From Escherichia phage PMBT57, in the sequence record MG770228.1: a DNA stretch of 64,000 nucleotides; one strand, given 5' to 3'. Below, piece after piece: positions 8,056-18,600 of this stretch (the stretch's first letter is position 1; each line of letters starts with the position of its first letter). The translations under genes were made by a program, and so were the position numbers. Below the pieces are notes generated by a model that did no database searches, had not been told where the DNA came from, and saw nothing but the letters and a program-made list of their open reading frames with translations.

Positions 8056-8166
8056 ATTTGAAAGAACTCTTATTTTGGTTACCGCAAAAGAAGTGAAAAA
8101 TGTTGTGGAAAACTACTTCCCAATTAGGTTCGAATCCTAAACCAGAGTAAGAGTTCTTTCGAATTG
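8054..8166 (+). ncRNA. structured RNA module B: 19-bp closing stem enclosing a tRNA-type T arm
   Basis: 8054-8072 pairs with 8148-8166 (18 Watson-Crick pairs plus one G-U). Inside are TGGTT/AACCA and TTAGG-TTCGAAT-CCTAA. No ORF. It ends 8 nt before tRNA-Pro. Confidence 0.5.
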
Positions 8167-8174
8167 AAGATTTA

Positions 8175-8251
8175 CAGGATATAGCTCAGTTTGGTAGAGC
8201 GTCTGCTTTGGGAGCAGAGTGTCGTAGGTTCGAATCCTGCTATCCTGACCA
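8175..8251 (+). tRNA. tRNA-Pro (TGG), CCA encoded
   Basis: Acceptor CAGGATA/TATCCTG, anticodon arm TCTGC-TTTGGGA-GCAGA, T arm GTAGG-TTCGAAT-CCTGC. Confidence 0.92.
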
Positions 8252-8253
8252 AA

Positions 8254-8337
8254 TTAGTGCTCTGGTATATTACTTTTAACCCCTAGGTTATGCCACAGTA
8301 ATACAACAGATTGGGTCATCTGAAACCAGAGCACTAA
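8254..8337 (+). ncRNA. structured RNA module C: 13-bp closing stem with two internal hairpins
   Basis: 8254-8266 (TTAGTGCTCTGGT) pairs perfectly with 8325-8337 (ACCAGAGCACTAA). Inner stems are TATTACT/AGTAATA and CAGAT/ATCTG. It starts 2 nt after tRNA-Pro. Confidence 0.45.
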
Positions 8338-8455
8338 CCTAATGTGTGGGATGTAACAGTTAAATCCAGTTGCCGGAAGTGCAATTCTAGATACGCTGCC
8401 AATGTGTGAACGGTAAGGCTGTACAGGACTCGGACTCCCATCCCACCTCCTTATT

Positions 8456-8552
8456 TGAACCAGGTATGAACGGCTTACTTAGTATTAACTGCATAGGGGT
8501 ATGTTAGGGATACTTAGGTGGTAAGCAGTTGGTAAGAATCCAACATGGTTCA
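8456..8552 (+). pseudogene. possible decayed or interrupted tRNA-like relic
   Basis: A 7-bp acceptor-like stem TGAACCA/TGGTTCA (8456-62 / 8546-52) has an adjacent 5-bp/7-nt-loop arm GTTGG-TAAGAAT-CCAAC (8528-44). There is no CCA, and I could not fold a convincing D or anticodon arm. Confidence 0.25.
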
Positions 8553-8698
8553 TTCCCTATTAGCAGTAACATAGTCCTGAGTACGTGTGCTCTAAAGACA
8601 ATATTGGTGAGACAGTCCAATAGCTGCTAAATTAAATTCGTCCATTCCTCTTGGATGTGTAGCGAGTGAAGGTAACACTTAAAAATCCATGACCCATA

Positions 8699-8730
8699 GA
8701 AGCCTCCAGGATTAACTGGAGGCTTTTTTA
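8699..8730 (+). terminator. intrinsic terminator closing the tRNA/ncRNA locus
   Basis: AGCCTCCAG (8701-09) pairs with CTGGAGGCT (8716-24), followed by T6. Confidence 0.8.
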
Positions 8731-8752
8731 TTTAATTAAATAAGGAAGCAAG

Positions 8753-9124
8753 ATGAACCGTATTACTGAAGAACATATTGATAGCATCATTGAAGGTGTT
8801 TACTACTTCAATATGGCTAAAGCTGTAGAGAATGAAGCAGTTCTGATTCCTGAAGACCATTTAAAAGCATTGAGTACAACTACTGTTTGTGCACTGGTTA
8901 TTTCTAATGGGTTCACTATTACTGGTAAATCTGCTTGTGTTGACCCTAATACCTTCAATGAGGAGTTAGGTAAGAAATATGCTTACGAACAGGCCATTGA
9001 TAAGGTATGGGAATTGGAAGGCTATCTGCTTAAGCAAAACCTGTATGAGAAAGCTCAGAGCCAGGAAATGCTAAAAGGATTCCTGCAAGATGACAACTGT
9101 GAAGGTGGGGGCTGTAAAATCTAA
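8753..9124 (+). CDS. hypothetical protein (N4 gp48 position)
   Basis: 123 aa with an AAGGAAG RBS. The segment TGKSACVDPNTFNEELGKKYAYEQAIDKVWELEGYLL resembles the conserved phage N4-gp49/Sf6-gp66-type family as I recall it; unverified. Confidence 0.75.
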   Translation: MNRITEEHIDSIIEGVYYFNMAKAVENEAVLIPEDHLKALSTTTVCALVISNGFTITGKSACVDPNTFNEELGKKYAYEQAIDKVWELEGYLLKQNLYEKAQSQEMLKGFLQDDNCEGGGCKI

Positions 9125-9609
9125 TGGAAATTAAAGTTCACTTTACTAATTACATCGGAACCAAATGTGTAAATGGTTTCCCGATGAACAAGGCTGCCTA
9201 CTGCAAACTTCGTGGTTGGGATGTACCTACTAATGAAGACCAGTTAGAAGAGGGTTACTTAGTAGAGTACCCCGATTCTAAACCTAACCATGAACAATTT
9301 CGTGGTTATATTAGCTGGTCACCTAAAGCTGCATTTGAAGAGGCATACTGTGATGTGGACAAAGGCTGCACGTTTGGCCACGCAGTAGAGCTTATGAAAT
9401 CAGGTTTTAGAATGTCCCGTAAGGGCTGGAATGGAAAAGGAATGTATATCACATTGGTATCCGGTGAAAACTGGGCTATGGATAAACATGAAAATACCGT
9501 ATGCATGAAACGGGATTGGCTGGGTATTAAAACCGCTGACAATGAATTTATGCCCTGGGTTCCATCTCAATCAGATGTATTAGCAGAAGATTGGGTACTA
9601 GCTCAGTAA
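9124..9609 (+). CDS. two-domain protein with a C-terminal DUF2829 (Tad2-like) domain (N4 gp49 position)
   Basis: 161 aa with a TAATG overlap upstream. The C-terminal ~80 aa (FGHAVELMKSGFRMSRKGWNGKGMYITL...WVPSQSDVLAEDWVL) matches the DUF2829 hallmark pattern (GWNGKGMY... DxLAEDW). Confidence 0.75.
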   Translation: MEIKVHFTNYIGTKCVNGFPMNKAAYCKLRGWDVPTNEDQLEEGYLVEYPDSKPNHEQFRGYISWSPKAAFEEAYCDVDKGCTFGHAVELMKSGFRMSRKGWNGKGMYITLVSGENWAMDKHENTVCMKRDWLGIKTADNEFMPWVPSQSDVLAEDWVLAQ

Positions 9610-9610
9610 G

Positions 9611-9642
9611 AAATAAAGCCCCTCTAGTGAGGGGCATTTTTT
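9611..9642. terminator. bidirectional intrinsic terminator between convergent genes
   Basis: GCCCCTC (9618-24), TAGT loop, GAGGGGC (9629-35). Flanked by AAATAAA on the left and ATTTTTT on the right. It sits between the + gene ending at 9609 and the vRNAP stop at 9644. Confidence 0.8.
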
Positions 9643-9643
9643 A

Positions 9644-12600
9644 TTAGTGGGTAAGGTTGAACCAAGGGTTGAGGGTAGGTGCTCTTAGTCCTTGTCCGAA
9701 GCCTAATGAGTAATCCAGTCTTCCTTCAGCCAGCATGGTTAGCATGTTGTCCTGAATTGGCAGACCTACATTACCAAACATGGCAGGAGCAGGTACTACT
9801 GTAGCAATCAGAGAATGTACTGGGTTGTTTCTAATCATGCTCATAGCAACTTTAATGGAACGAATCTTAAAGTTGTAGAACCACATCAGACCCACGCTTT
9901 CCATATAACCACGGAAACGACCAGGCAATCTGTCATAGTTAACAAACTCTTCAGTTACCTGACCCAATGCTTCAGAAGAGGATTTCTTCTTACGTTTCAC
10001 TAAATCATCATAGATGATGGCTTTAGCAATGAAGTCTGAATACTCTACTGTTTTCTGGATACCCTGGAACAGAGCAGTGTCCTTAGCAATAAGAGCATAA
10101 CGGCCAGCATTACGTACTTTTTCTGGAAGTTTATTAGCAAGTTTTTCCATGTACTCATAAATCTTACCTTCAGCTACTAACAGGTCATCACGACTAATAC
10201 CAGCATCAGCAATAGAAGAGAACTCACCTGCTTCAATCAAAGGCCAGATGCTCATACGACGATGGCTATCAGTAATAGATTGAATCTCGGTTTTAAGTTT
10301 ACGAACCAGATTAGGATTGCCTTCAGCAGCACGTAATTCTGCTTCTGCATCAATCTGACGTAAGCGAGATTTAATGTACTGATTAATCTCTGACGCCTTA
10401 CGAGGAATATTCACAGCAATATCCTTAACAGGAACACCACGTCCAATCATCTGGTAGATGTTAGCAAGGAAGTTAACTGCCGGTACTACAACAGATTTAA
10501 CAACAATTACTGTCTTAGCATCCTTCACCAAGTTCTGAATGGTATTTTCAGCATTCATTACTACATGATATGCCTTATTACCAAATGCACCGAGGAACAT
10601 CTTCTTAACAGTATCAAGGGTGCTAGGTGACCAACGAGAGTTACCAGTCCATACATCACCAATAGATGCAGCACGATAGCCAAGTGCATCATTCAGCATA
10701 TCCCTACGAACCCATAACTCATCCTTACCAAAGAGTTCTTCAGCCTTACGACGAGTCTCAATGTTCATTAGGTTAATTGCATCAGCCAGTACTGGGTCAT
10801 CAATTTTACCTAACAGGTTTACATATTGAGATTTATTAGCACTGGAGTCTTTAATGTCTTTCTCATACATAGCATGTAATTGCTCAATGAGAATGTCATT
10901 AAAACGTTGTGCTTTAGCCTCTTCCACCTGACGACCACGCCATACACCCACCATCTTAGCAAAATGATTGTCTTGGTTTAGATGCTTCAACATATTAGGG
11001 TCAACGGATTGCTCATAAGCAACTACCTGACCTTTGCTGTTATAAATTGGCATCAGTGGTTCACGCCCACGTTCACCTTTAGCCAGAGCTTTGGTAATAC
11101 GCTCTACGGTTGGTTTGTCAGTAATACGACCAGCAACCATAGTACCTAACGTAAAGCCAGTACCAATATCCACGCCACCAGCAGTATTACGAACGTTCTG
11201 AAGAATACCTTGAGAGTATGGAGCACGGGCAGCTACTGGGCTGAAGTAATAACCTTTAGAACCAGTACGGAAACCAGTGCTTCCCTGATAAGTACCAATA
11301 CGAGTAAAAGATTGGCTATTTAACTTAGCAAACTCTTTATCGTCAGCAATAATCAAATTCACACCTTGCTGGTTCTCTACAGGGATATAGCCCTTAAAGT
11401 GATTCAGCAGAGTACGATTATCGCCTTTAGCTTTACGCATCTCTTCAGTACGTTGACCCACCATATAAGCAATGGAGAACTCCATACCTTCCACTTCTGA
11501 TTGAGCCAATTCTGACAAAAGGTCACGGTCAGACTTATTCATCAATTCCAGAGAGTACAAAGTAGTGAGCTTATCAATAGCAGCTACATCTGCCACAGGA
11601 CTATTAGTAATACGTTCACCTAACAAACGACTAATAGCATGGGCATTACGAAGGAGGTTATTACCTACTTCTCCTGTAATCATGTATTGAGCCAGTTGCT
11701 TAGATTTCTTCTGAACCAGATTCCAGTTTCTACCTGCTTGGTTCTGAATCTCTTTTTCCAGAGTAGAGATTTCATCTTTCACTTTCTTGGATGAAGAGAG
11801 TAAATCTCTAATTTCAGCCATGCTCATAGTTTCACGTAGAACAGCTAAATCTGTTTTACCTAAACCAGTATGCATTGCAGACCACTCGGTATCAGTCAAT
11901 TTACGAGAGAACTTACCAGCAATGACTGTAGGTAAATGCTCACGGAATTGTTGACGGTCTTGAGAAATCTGGCTCTTAACCAATTTGATTAAGTCATAGA
12001 CATTGGCATTAGTCTTAGTACGACCAACAATGTCATTAACTAAGTCATGGAAAGGTTGCCATACTTTACCCTGGTTCATAGCAGTCATAACACCCTGAGC
12101 CACTATTTCACCTTGTTTTTCAGATGCAATAGCAGCAGTCAGTTTAGCCAGATGAGCAACACCTTTAGCAGCTACATTAGAAGGGTTAGCAATTACCTTA
12201 TCTGCCTTTTCAATAACAGTTTCAGATAACCGTTCAATGCTATCCGTTACGTACTGATTAGCACGGTCAATGAAGTTACCGGTAGGGGTTGCTACAGCAT
12301 CATAGAAGGACTCTCGTTTCAGAGCAGCAGCCATGATTGTTTCTGACAGAGCATCAATACTATCCTGAACATTAGTAGCCTTCTGGTCACCCGCCATACG
12401 ACGGTTCAGAGATTCCATTACCTGAGTACCTGCATTGGTAAGCAGAGTATCTACATCATTCCCTAATTTCTTATCTGCTTTAGGTACAGGCATTTCTTTA
12501 ATGATTGAACGTAGTTCTTCATTAACCATAGCCAGACCCAGGAATGTAGGTAACAGACTGGTTCTGCCTTTGGCATCTACTTCAACCAGATTAGCACCAG

Positions 12601-15600
12601 AGATAGTGTCATATTTCTGTTGAGCGTAGTAACGGTCAGCAGGGTTAGTACTATCAGGGTCAGCCATGAAATGTTCTACCGTAAGGTGTTTCATTACATG
12701 GGTATAAAGTTCCTGAGCACGAGCCATAGCGTGTGGGTCAATTGCAGCTTCAGTTGCTAATGCAGCAGTAACCATCTGGAATACAGATTGTTCCTGGGCA
12801 GTCATATTGAAGCCACGAGACTGAACATCACGAACTAGTCGAGTAGCACTCATTAATGCATTAGCCACATTGCCACGACGTTCTACTTCTGTAACTGGGT
12901 CAGTACGAAGGTAATCAGTTACCAGTTTATCGAAGGTCTGATTCAACTGAGACAGACGTTCATTATTACCATATGCTTTGCTATGGAACAGTGTGCCATC
13001 TTTAGCTACTGCCTGAGTTGTAGGTTGGCTACGCATCAAAATTGCAGAATTAAACAGCAGATTAGAGAACATATCTTCTCCCAATGCAGGAGCTTGTTTA
13101 CGTCCCCAAATCAATTTCTTAATGGCCTGATAAACATCTTTCACCATTTGAACCAGTGAAGATGTTCTCTTCTGTTTAGCAGCCAGAGCACGGTTAGCTA
13201 ACCCCCAAGCCATAAACTCATTAAGAGCAGCAGCTTTAGAAATAGCTGGGTCAACAAAGCCATTACTCAAATGACCTTCAATAGTTGCAATAGCATCAGC
13301 ATATGCTTCTCTCATTTCTGGAGAATCTTTGGAAATATCCAGAGAACGGAACTGTTCCATCAGACCTTCCAGGTTCTCAATAGCCTGCTTAGATGTAGGG
13401 CTTACTTCATTACCCTGATAGAAGGAATAAACTTCCTCGAAGGTAGAAGCATGAACCAGTTCATGAATGAGGGTTTCCATAGATGGGCTAACCAGATAAA
13501 TGGTCTTATCGTCGAAGTTAGTCCAGCCATAAATATTACCTGCCTGAGCTTCTTCCATTTCCTGAGAAGTCAATTCAGTAACATTCTTCTGACGAGCATA
13601 TTCTGCAACCTGAGTAGGTGTACCGTAGATAATCTTATAGTCTTTAGCTGCCAGTGATTTCTGAATCTCTGCAAGAGTAGCTGCCTGAGTAGATGGCAGA
13701 TTACTAATCTTAGCCAGGTTACGAATAGCAGTAGCAGACAGGATACGAACACCGGATGCCTTATGCTCACAGCCTACCATACCAAAGTCTGGATTCACTG
13801 GTTCTTTTTCAGAAACAGTTTCTTCTTTGACTTCAGCCTTAGCCTTAGCGACTTTTTGTTTACGGGCTTCTAACTCTTCACGGAAAAGTTTATTCAGTTC
13901 ATCAGCCTGTTGTTCAGGAGTCATATTGCTGAGGTCAATCTTACCGTTGTTCTGATAAGGAGCACCTACAGCAGCCATCTGGTCAATGGACAGATTTACC
14001 TTATCCAGTACCTTATGGCGAATATCTACACCCAGTGCAATATTACGTAAGTTACGTTCAATCAGAGATGCAGCATTAGCAATATCATCTACAGTAGCAT
14101 TCTCACGTTGGTCATATTCCAGGGCAGATTTACCAATTGCTTCCAATGCTTCAGGGGACAACTTGCTGAAATCTACATTCTTCATGAACTTAGCATATGA
14201 TTCGTAAACATTCTTAATAGGGTTACCCTGCCAAGAAGTGTAAACAGCTTCATTAGCCTTACGACTAGCATCAGTAATGTCATTCAAACCAATGTTCATA
14301 CCATCAAAGATTTTGAGGGTATTCTTTGGTGCACCTTTCATAGTGGAAAGAGTTTGCATCATCATGCCATCACCAGTACCAATAGTCATAAATGGAATAC
14401 CTGCTACACCAGCCTGTGCTGGGGCATAGATACTCATTGGTACACGCATACGGTCATCAAGGTTAGTAGCTAATACCTGATTTGCTACTTCTGCATTTTC
14501 TGAGCCAGCAATGTAGAAAGTCTGAGAACCAGTCTCAATCATAGGAGCTAAGTTATTCAGAGAAGCCTGAATATCATTAAGTTCTTTCTGAGTAAGAAAA
14601 TCACCTTTCTTCCATGTCGGGTCTTTAGCCTTCTCTGTCAGTTTCTCCTGTACTCGTTGTTTGAACATATCTTCCAGCACTACAGATTGAATCTGAGTAG
14701 CTTTCTGTAATTGTTCAGTGGAGTACACCAGACTTTCACCTACAGTCTGAGTAATACCATTACGTAGTGGTTCTACAAAGAAGTGCAGCATATTTTCCTG
14801 AAGTGCCTTCAGTTGCTCACCCTTAATGGTATAGGTCTTAGGATTGATTTTCCCTTTGGCTCCTGCACCTGTGGATTGTAGTTCCAGTACACCTTTACGT
14901 TTAACAGGAACAGTAGAAGTCAGTGTTTCCATATCTTTCAGGAAACGAGCAAGAAGTTCTTCAGCATGTGCTTCTGAAGCAGCTTGCTTACCAAACATTG
15001 CCATAGCAGCAGAGATGTTTGGGTCTTTAGCACGAGCTTTCAGCACATCAGACATACGCTCATAGATGGCATCAGTAACAGAACTAACCAGCTTACCTGC
15101 AATACCACGAGCACCAGAACCATAGATGGTAATAGTCAGCGGGTTCTTAGCAATACCACGTTTAAGTTCTAAAGCACCATTCTCACCAAGATTAATATCC
15201 GGTAAGAACAAATCCATCAGAGAAAGAAGACTGTCTATCTGGGACTGAATAGGCATATTAGAAGCGTAGTTACTACGTAACTTACCCAACGATTCCATCA
15301 AAGCATTAGTGGATGCTTGATATAAATCATTATTGTCAGCAGTAGAACGATGCTCATTCATGGTCTTATTTGGAGAACCAATGAACAAGCCACCTTTGGC
15401 AATGTTACGAATCCAGTCAGGGGTAAACAGGCCACCTGTCATTAGCATCATGGCATTGATTGGACCATTAGTAACACCATCTGCTTCTACATACAGTGGG
15501 GTTACAAATGCAGATTTATCCTCTGCTACTAAGTAACGGGAATACTCCATAAGAGCCATCAATGCTACGAATGACTTCCTATCTCCTAATGCTGTATTCA

Positions 15601-18600
15601 GAACATCAACTGCATTTTCTGGTAAGGAACCAGTGGTATTAAACTCAACCATCATATCAATGGCTGGTTTCAGATTACCTTCCAGTAATTTAGTTAACTC
15701 ATCTGACATAACCTCACGAGTCATAGTATGGACTTTAATGTCCAATGCCTGAGCCAGACCTAACTGGAATGCAGAGAAGTCTTCATTGTTCTGGTTCGAT
15801 AAATCCAAAGTAGCTTTAGTAGGTAGGATAGCCTCACGAACCAGTTTGGCTGATTGAGGATTGTATTTACCTAACATCTGCATACGACCAACACGGGTCA
15901 TATTGTATGCATAGTGAATAGGCACAGTAGAGATGTCTTCACTCTGTGCTCTTACCTGCTCAATGACGGAGAACAGTTGGTTGTAAGAGTCCTCTACTGA
16001 ACGGTTCTTACCTTCCAGAGATTTAGCATGATTATCATTAAGTAACTCTTTATTCAGAGTACCAGCACCCATCAGTTCGAGAATACGGTCTTTACCTAAC
16101 GTCTCATAGAATTGAACCATTGGAGTGTGTACATAGAACTCTGTAGCCTGTTCTGCTTTCAATGCAGCCTTCTGTTCTGGAGTATTACGAACAGCAGGAT
16201 TACGAAGCTGAGTATTAGCTACAGGAGGAATGTCATTACCAAAGAACATCTTCTCTGTAGGATTTACTAAAACAGCTTCTTCAATAGCAGTAGGGAAGCT
16301 ATTAATTGGGTCGAAGGAATCCAGTTCAGTAATGGTGTACAGACCAATCGTCTTCTTATTATCTGGGTCAATTTCTGACATATCCACGATGTTCTCTACA
16401 ACATCAGTAGACTCTACAAATGCAGCCAGAATTTCAGCAGCCATTGCTGTAGGGATACCTTTGGTATAACCCAATGGAGCATTTGGATTACGAGATAATC
16501 CCCAGTAAGACTCAATTTTCTGAGCCAGGGAACTAACTGCTTCAGTGAGTGTCATACCAGTATCAAATTGCTCTACTAAACCTTCTGGCAGCAAGGCTTG
16601 GTCAATACCAGTAATAGCAGCAACATCTTTTGCATCTTTGATAGCAGTATTGCTGGTAGCAGTAAGTCTCCACTGAAGACCCGCTAATACAGCAGTCTGT
16701 AGCAATTGCTCATTGTACTTAAAGGTATCCCCATCCTGTTCAACGATGTTAAGTAACTTACCGCCTACCCAACGGTTGGCTTCCGTACCCTGAGCAAAAC
16801 GTTTACCAACATCCTTAGTGTTAAGGAACTTAGCCAGACGGGAACGAAGAATATCAGCAATACCTTCCCCATGTTCCATGAGTTCTTTATATCGCTTAAT
16901 AACTTCCCCATTAAAAGCAGGATTAGCAACTTCTTTCTCAGTAAAGAGTTCATAACGAGCACGAGAAGACAGAGCTTGAGCTACCTCTTTTAGAGGTGCT
17001 TCTGAACCAACAGTACGGGATTTCTGTTCTTCCAGTAAGGTAAAGGACAATTTGAAATAGTTCTTAATACCCTCTGCTTTAGAATCAGCAGTACCTACCA
17101 ATGAGGGGTAAACAGCATCGATACCTTCTCTTAATTCTTCTGTAACTGTACGTTCTTTTACAGAAGTTTCAGTTTCTTTAACAGATTCAGTAGGTTGCTC
17201 GATGGTATCCTCATTAGTGAGGGTAGCATCCTGTTTTTCAGACTGGCTCACAGGTTCTTTTATAGCCTGTGGTCTAGACTCTTTAGTAGTAGGTTCTGTT
17301 TTAACAGGTTCACTAACAGGAGTCTTAGTCTGTACAGTAGATGTAACTGGTTCCTGTTTTGTAACAGGAGTTTCTTTAACCTGATTCACGGAGTCAGCTT
17401 TCTGTTGAGAAGAAGCAACGTCTCGATTGCCTTGACGGAATGCCTTGACCACCTCAGCAGCAGGGGCGTTAAGACGTGAATCCAATGGAGTAACTTTTAT
17501 ATGACTGACCTTCAGTTCCGGGTAAGCCGAAGCGAGGGCATTAGCAATATCCGCTACCGTTTTCGCTTCAAGAGCAACTTGCTGGGCAAATTTAACCGAC
17601 TTAGTGTCATAGGGATTGACCCCCAATCCGGTACGGCTACGAACCCATTCTCTGTCAGCAGTAAGAGCTTGGTAGTGGACAGACTTATTCTTATCCGCAT
17701 TCCCCGTAACAAGATGCTCATTCAACGCTCCAACCTTATTCTGCATGTGCTGGGCGAACTGCATAAAGTCGTTCAGGTAAGCGGAGGCCAACTCGAAATT
17801 ACCAGAGTTATACGCAGACCGAATCCTATTCGCATGTTGCAACGCAGAGTATTGTCCTTCCTGAGTTCTGCTCTCATCCGTCTTAATCTGTTTACTCACA
17901 ATGTCTTGAGGACGTAATCCAAGACGGGCAGCTTCTGCATCATATTCCCGTGCCCCCTTCAGGATTGCAGCAGCATTCTGAAGGGCAGCAATTTGGCGAT
18001 TATTCAGTTTAATACGACCATCAGCAGCATGTTTAAGAACAACATTTACAGATTCTGGATTGAGCTTTTCAGGAGCTACTTCAGCAGCTAATGCTACGTT
18101 CTGCATTTCTTGTGGACTGGATTCTTCAGTCACATCCAAAGAACCATTCTGGGCAGATTCATTAATCATTCGATTAATAACATTCAGTGCACCAATTACT
18201 TTTGGTGTGTTCTGAATATTAGCTGTCAGATTTGTATAACGATTGAGTAACTCAATAGCCGGAGAATCTTTAGGAATGCTATCCAGTGCAGCAGGGTCAC
18301 GGTTAATGAATTGCTCAAACTCTGAAACAGCATCATACATATAAGATGCAGCTTCCATCAGTGCTTGAGGATTAGATTCATCTAATGTGTTAACTAGGTC
18401 TGCTAACTTTTGAATAACCTGTACTTGGTCAGTAGAACCAGCTACAGCATTACGAATATGCTCTGGTGCTTCCTGATAATTTTCAGGATTAAAACGAGTA
18501 GCATTCATTAAGTCAGAAACATACTGGTGTGCTGCAACTTTCTGTTCTGGAGTAGCATCAGTTGCTTCAACAGCATCACGAATAGTAACTTCTGCTTCTG

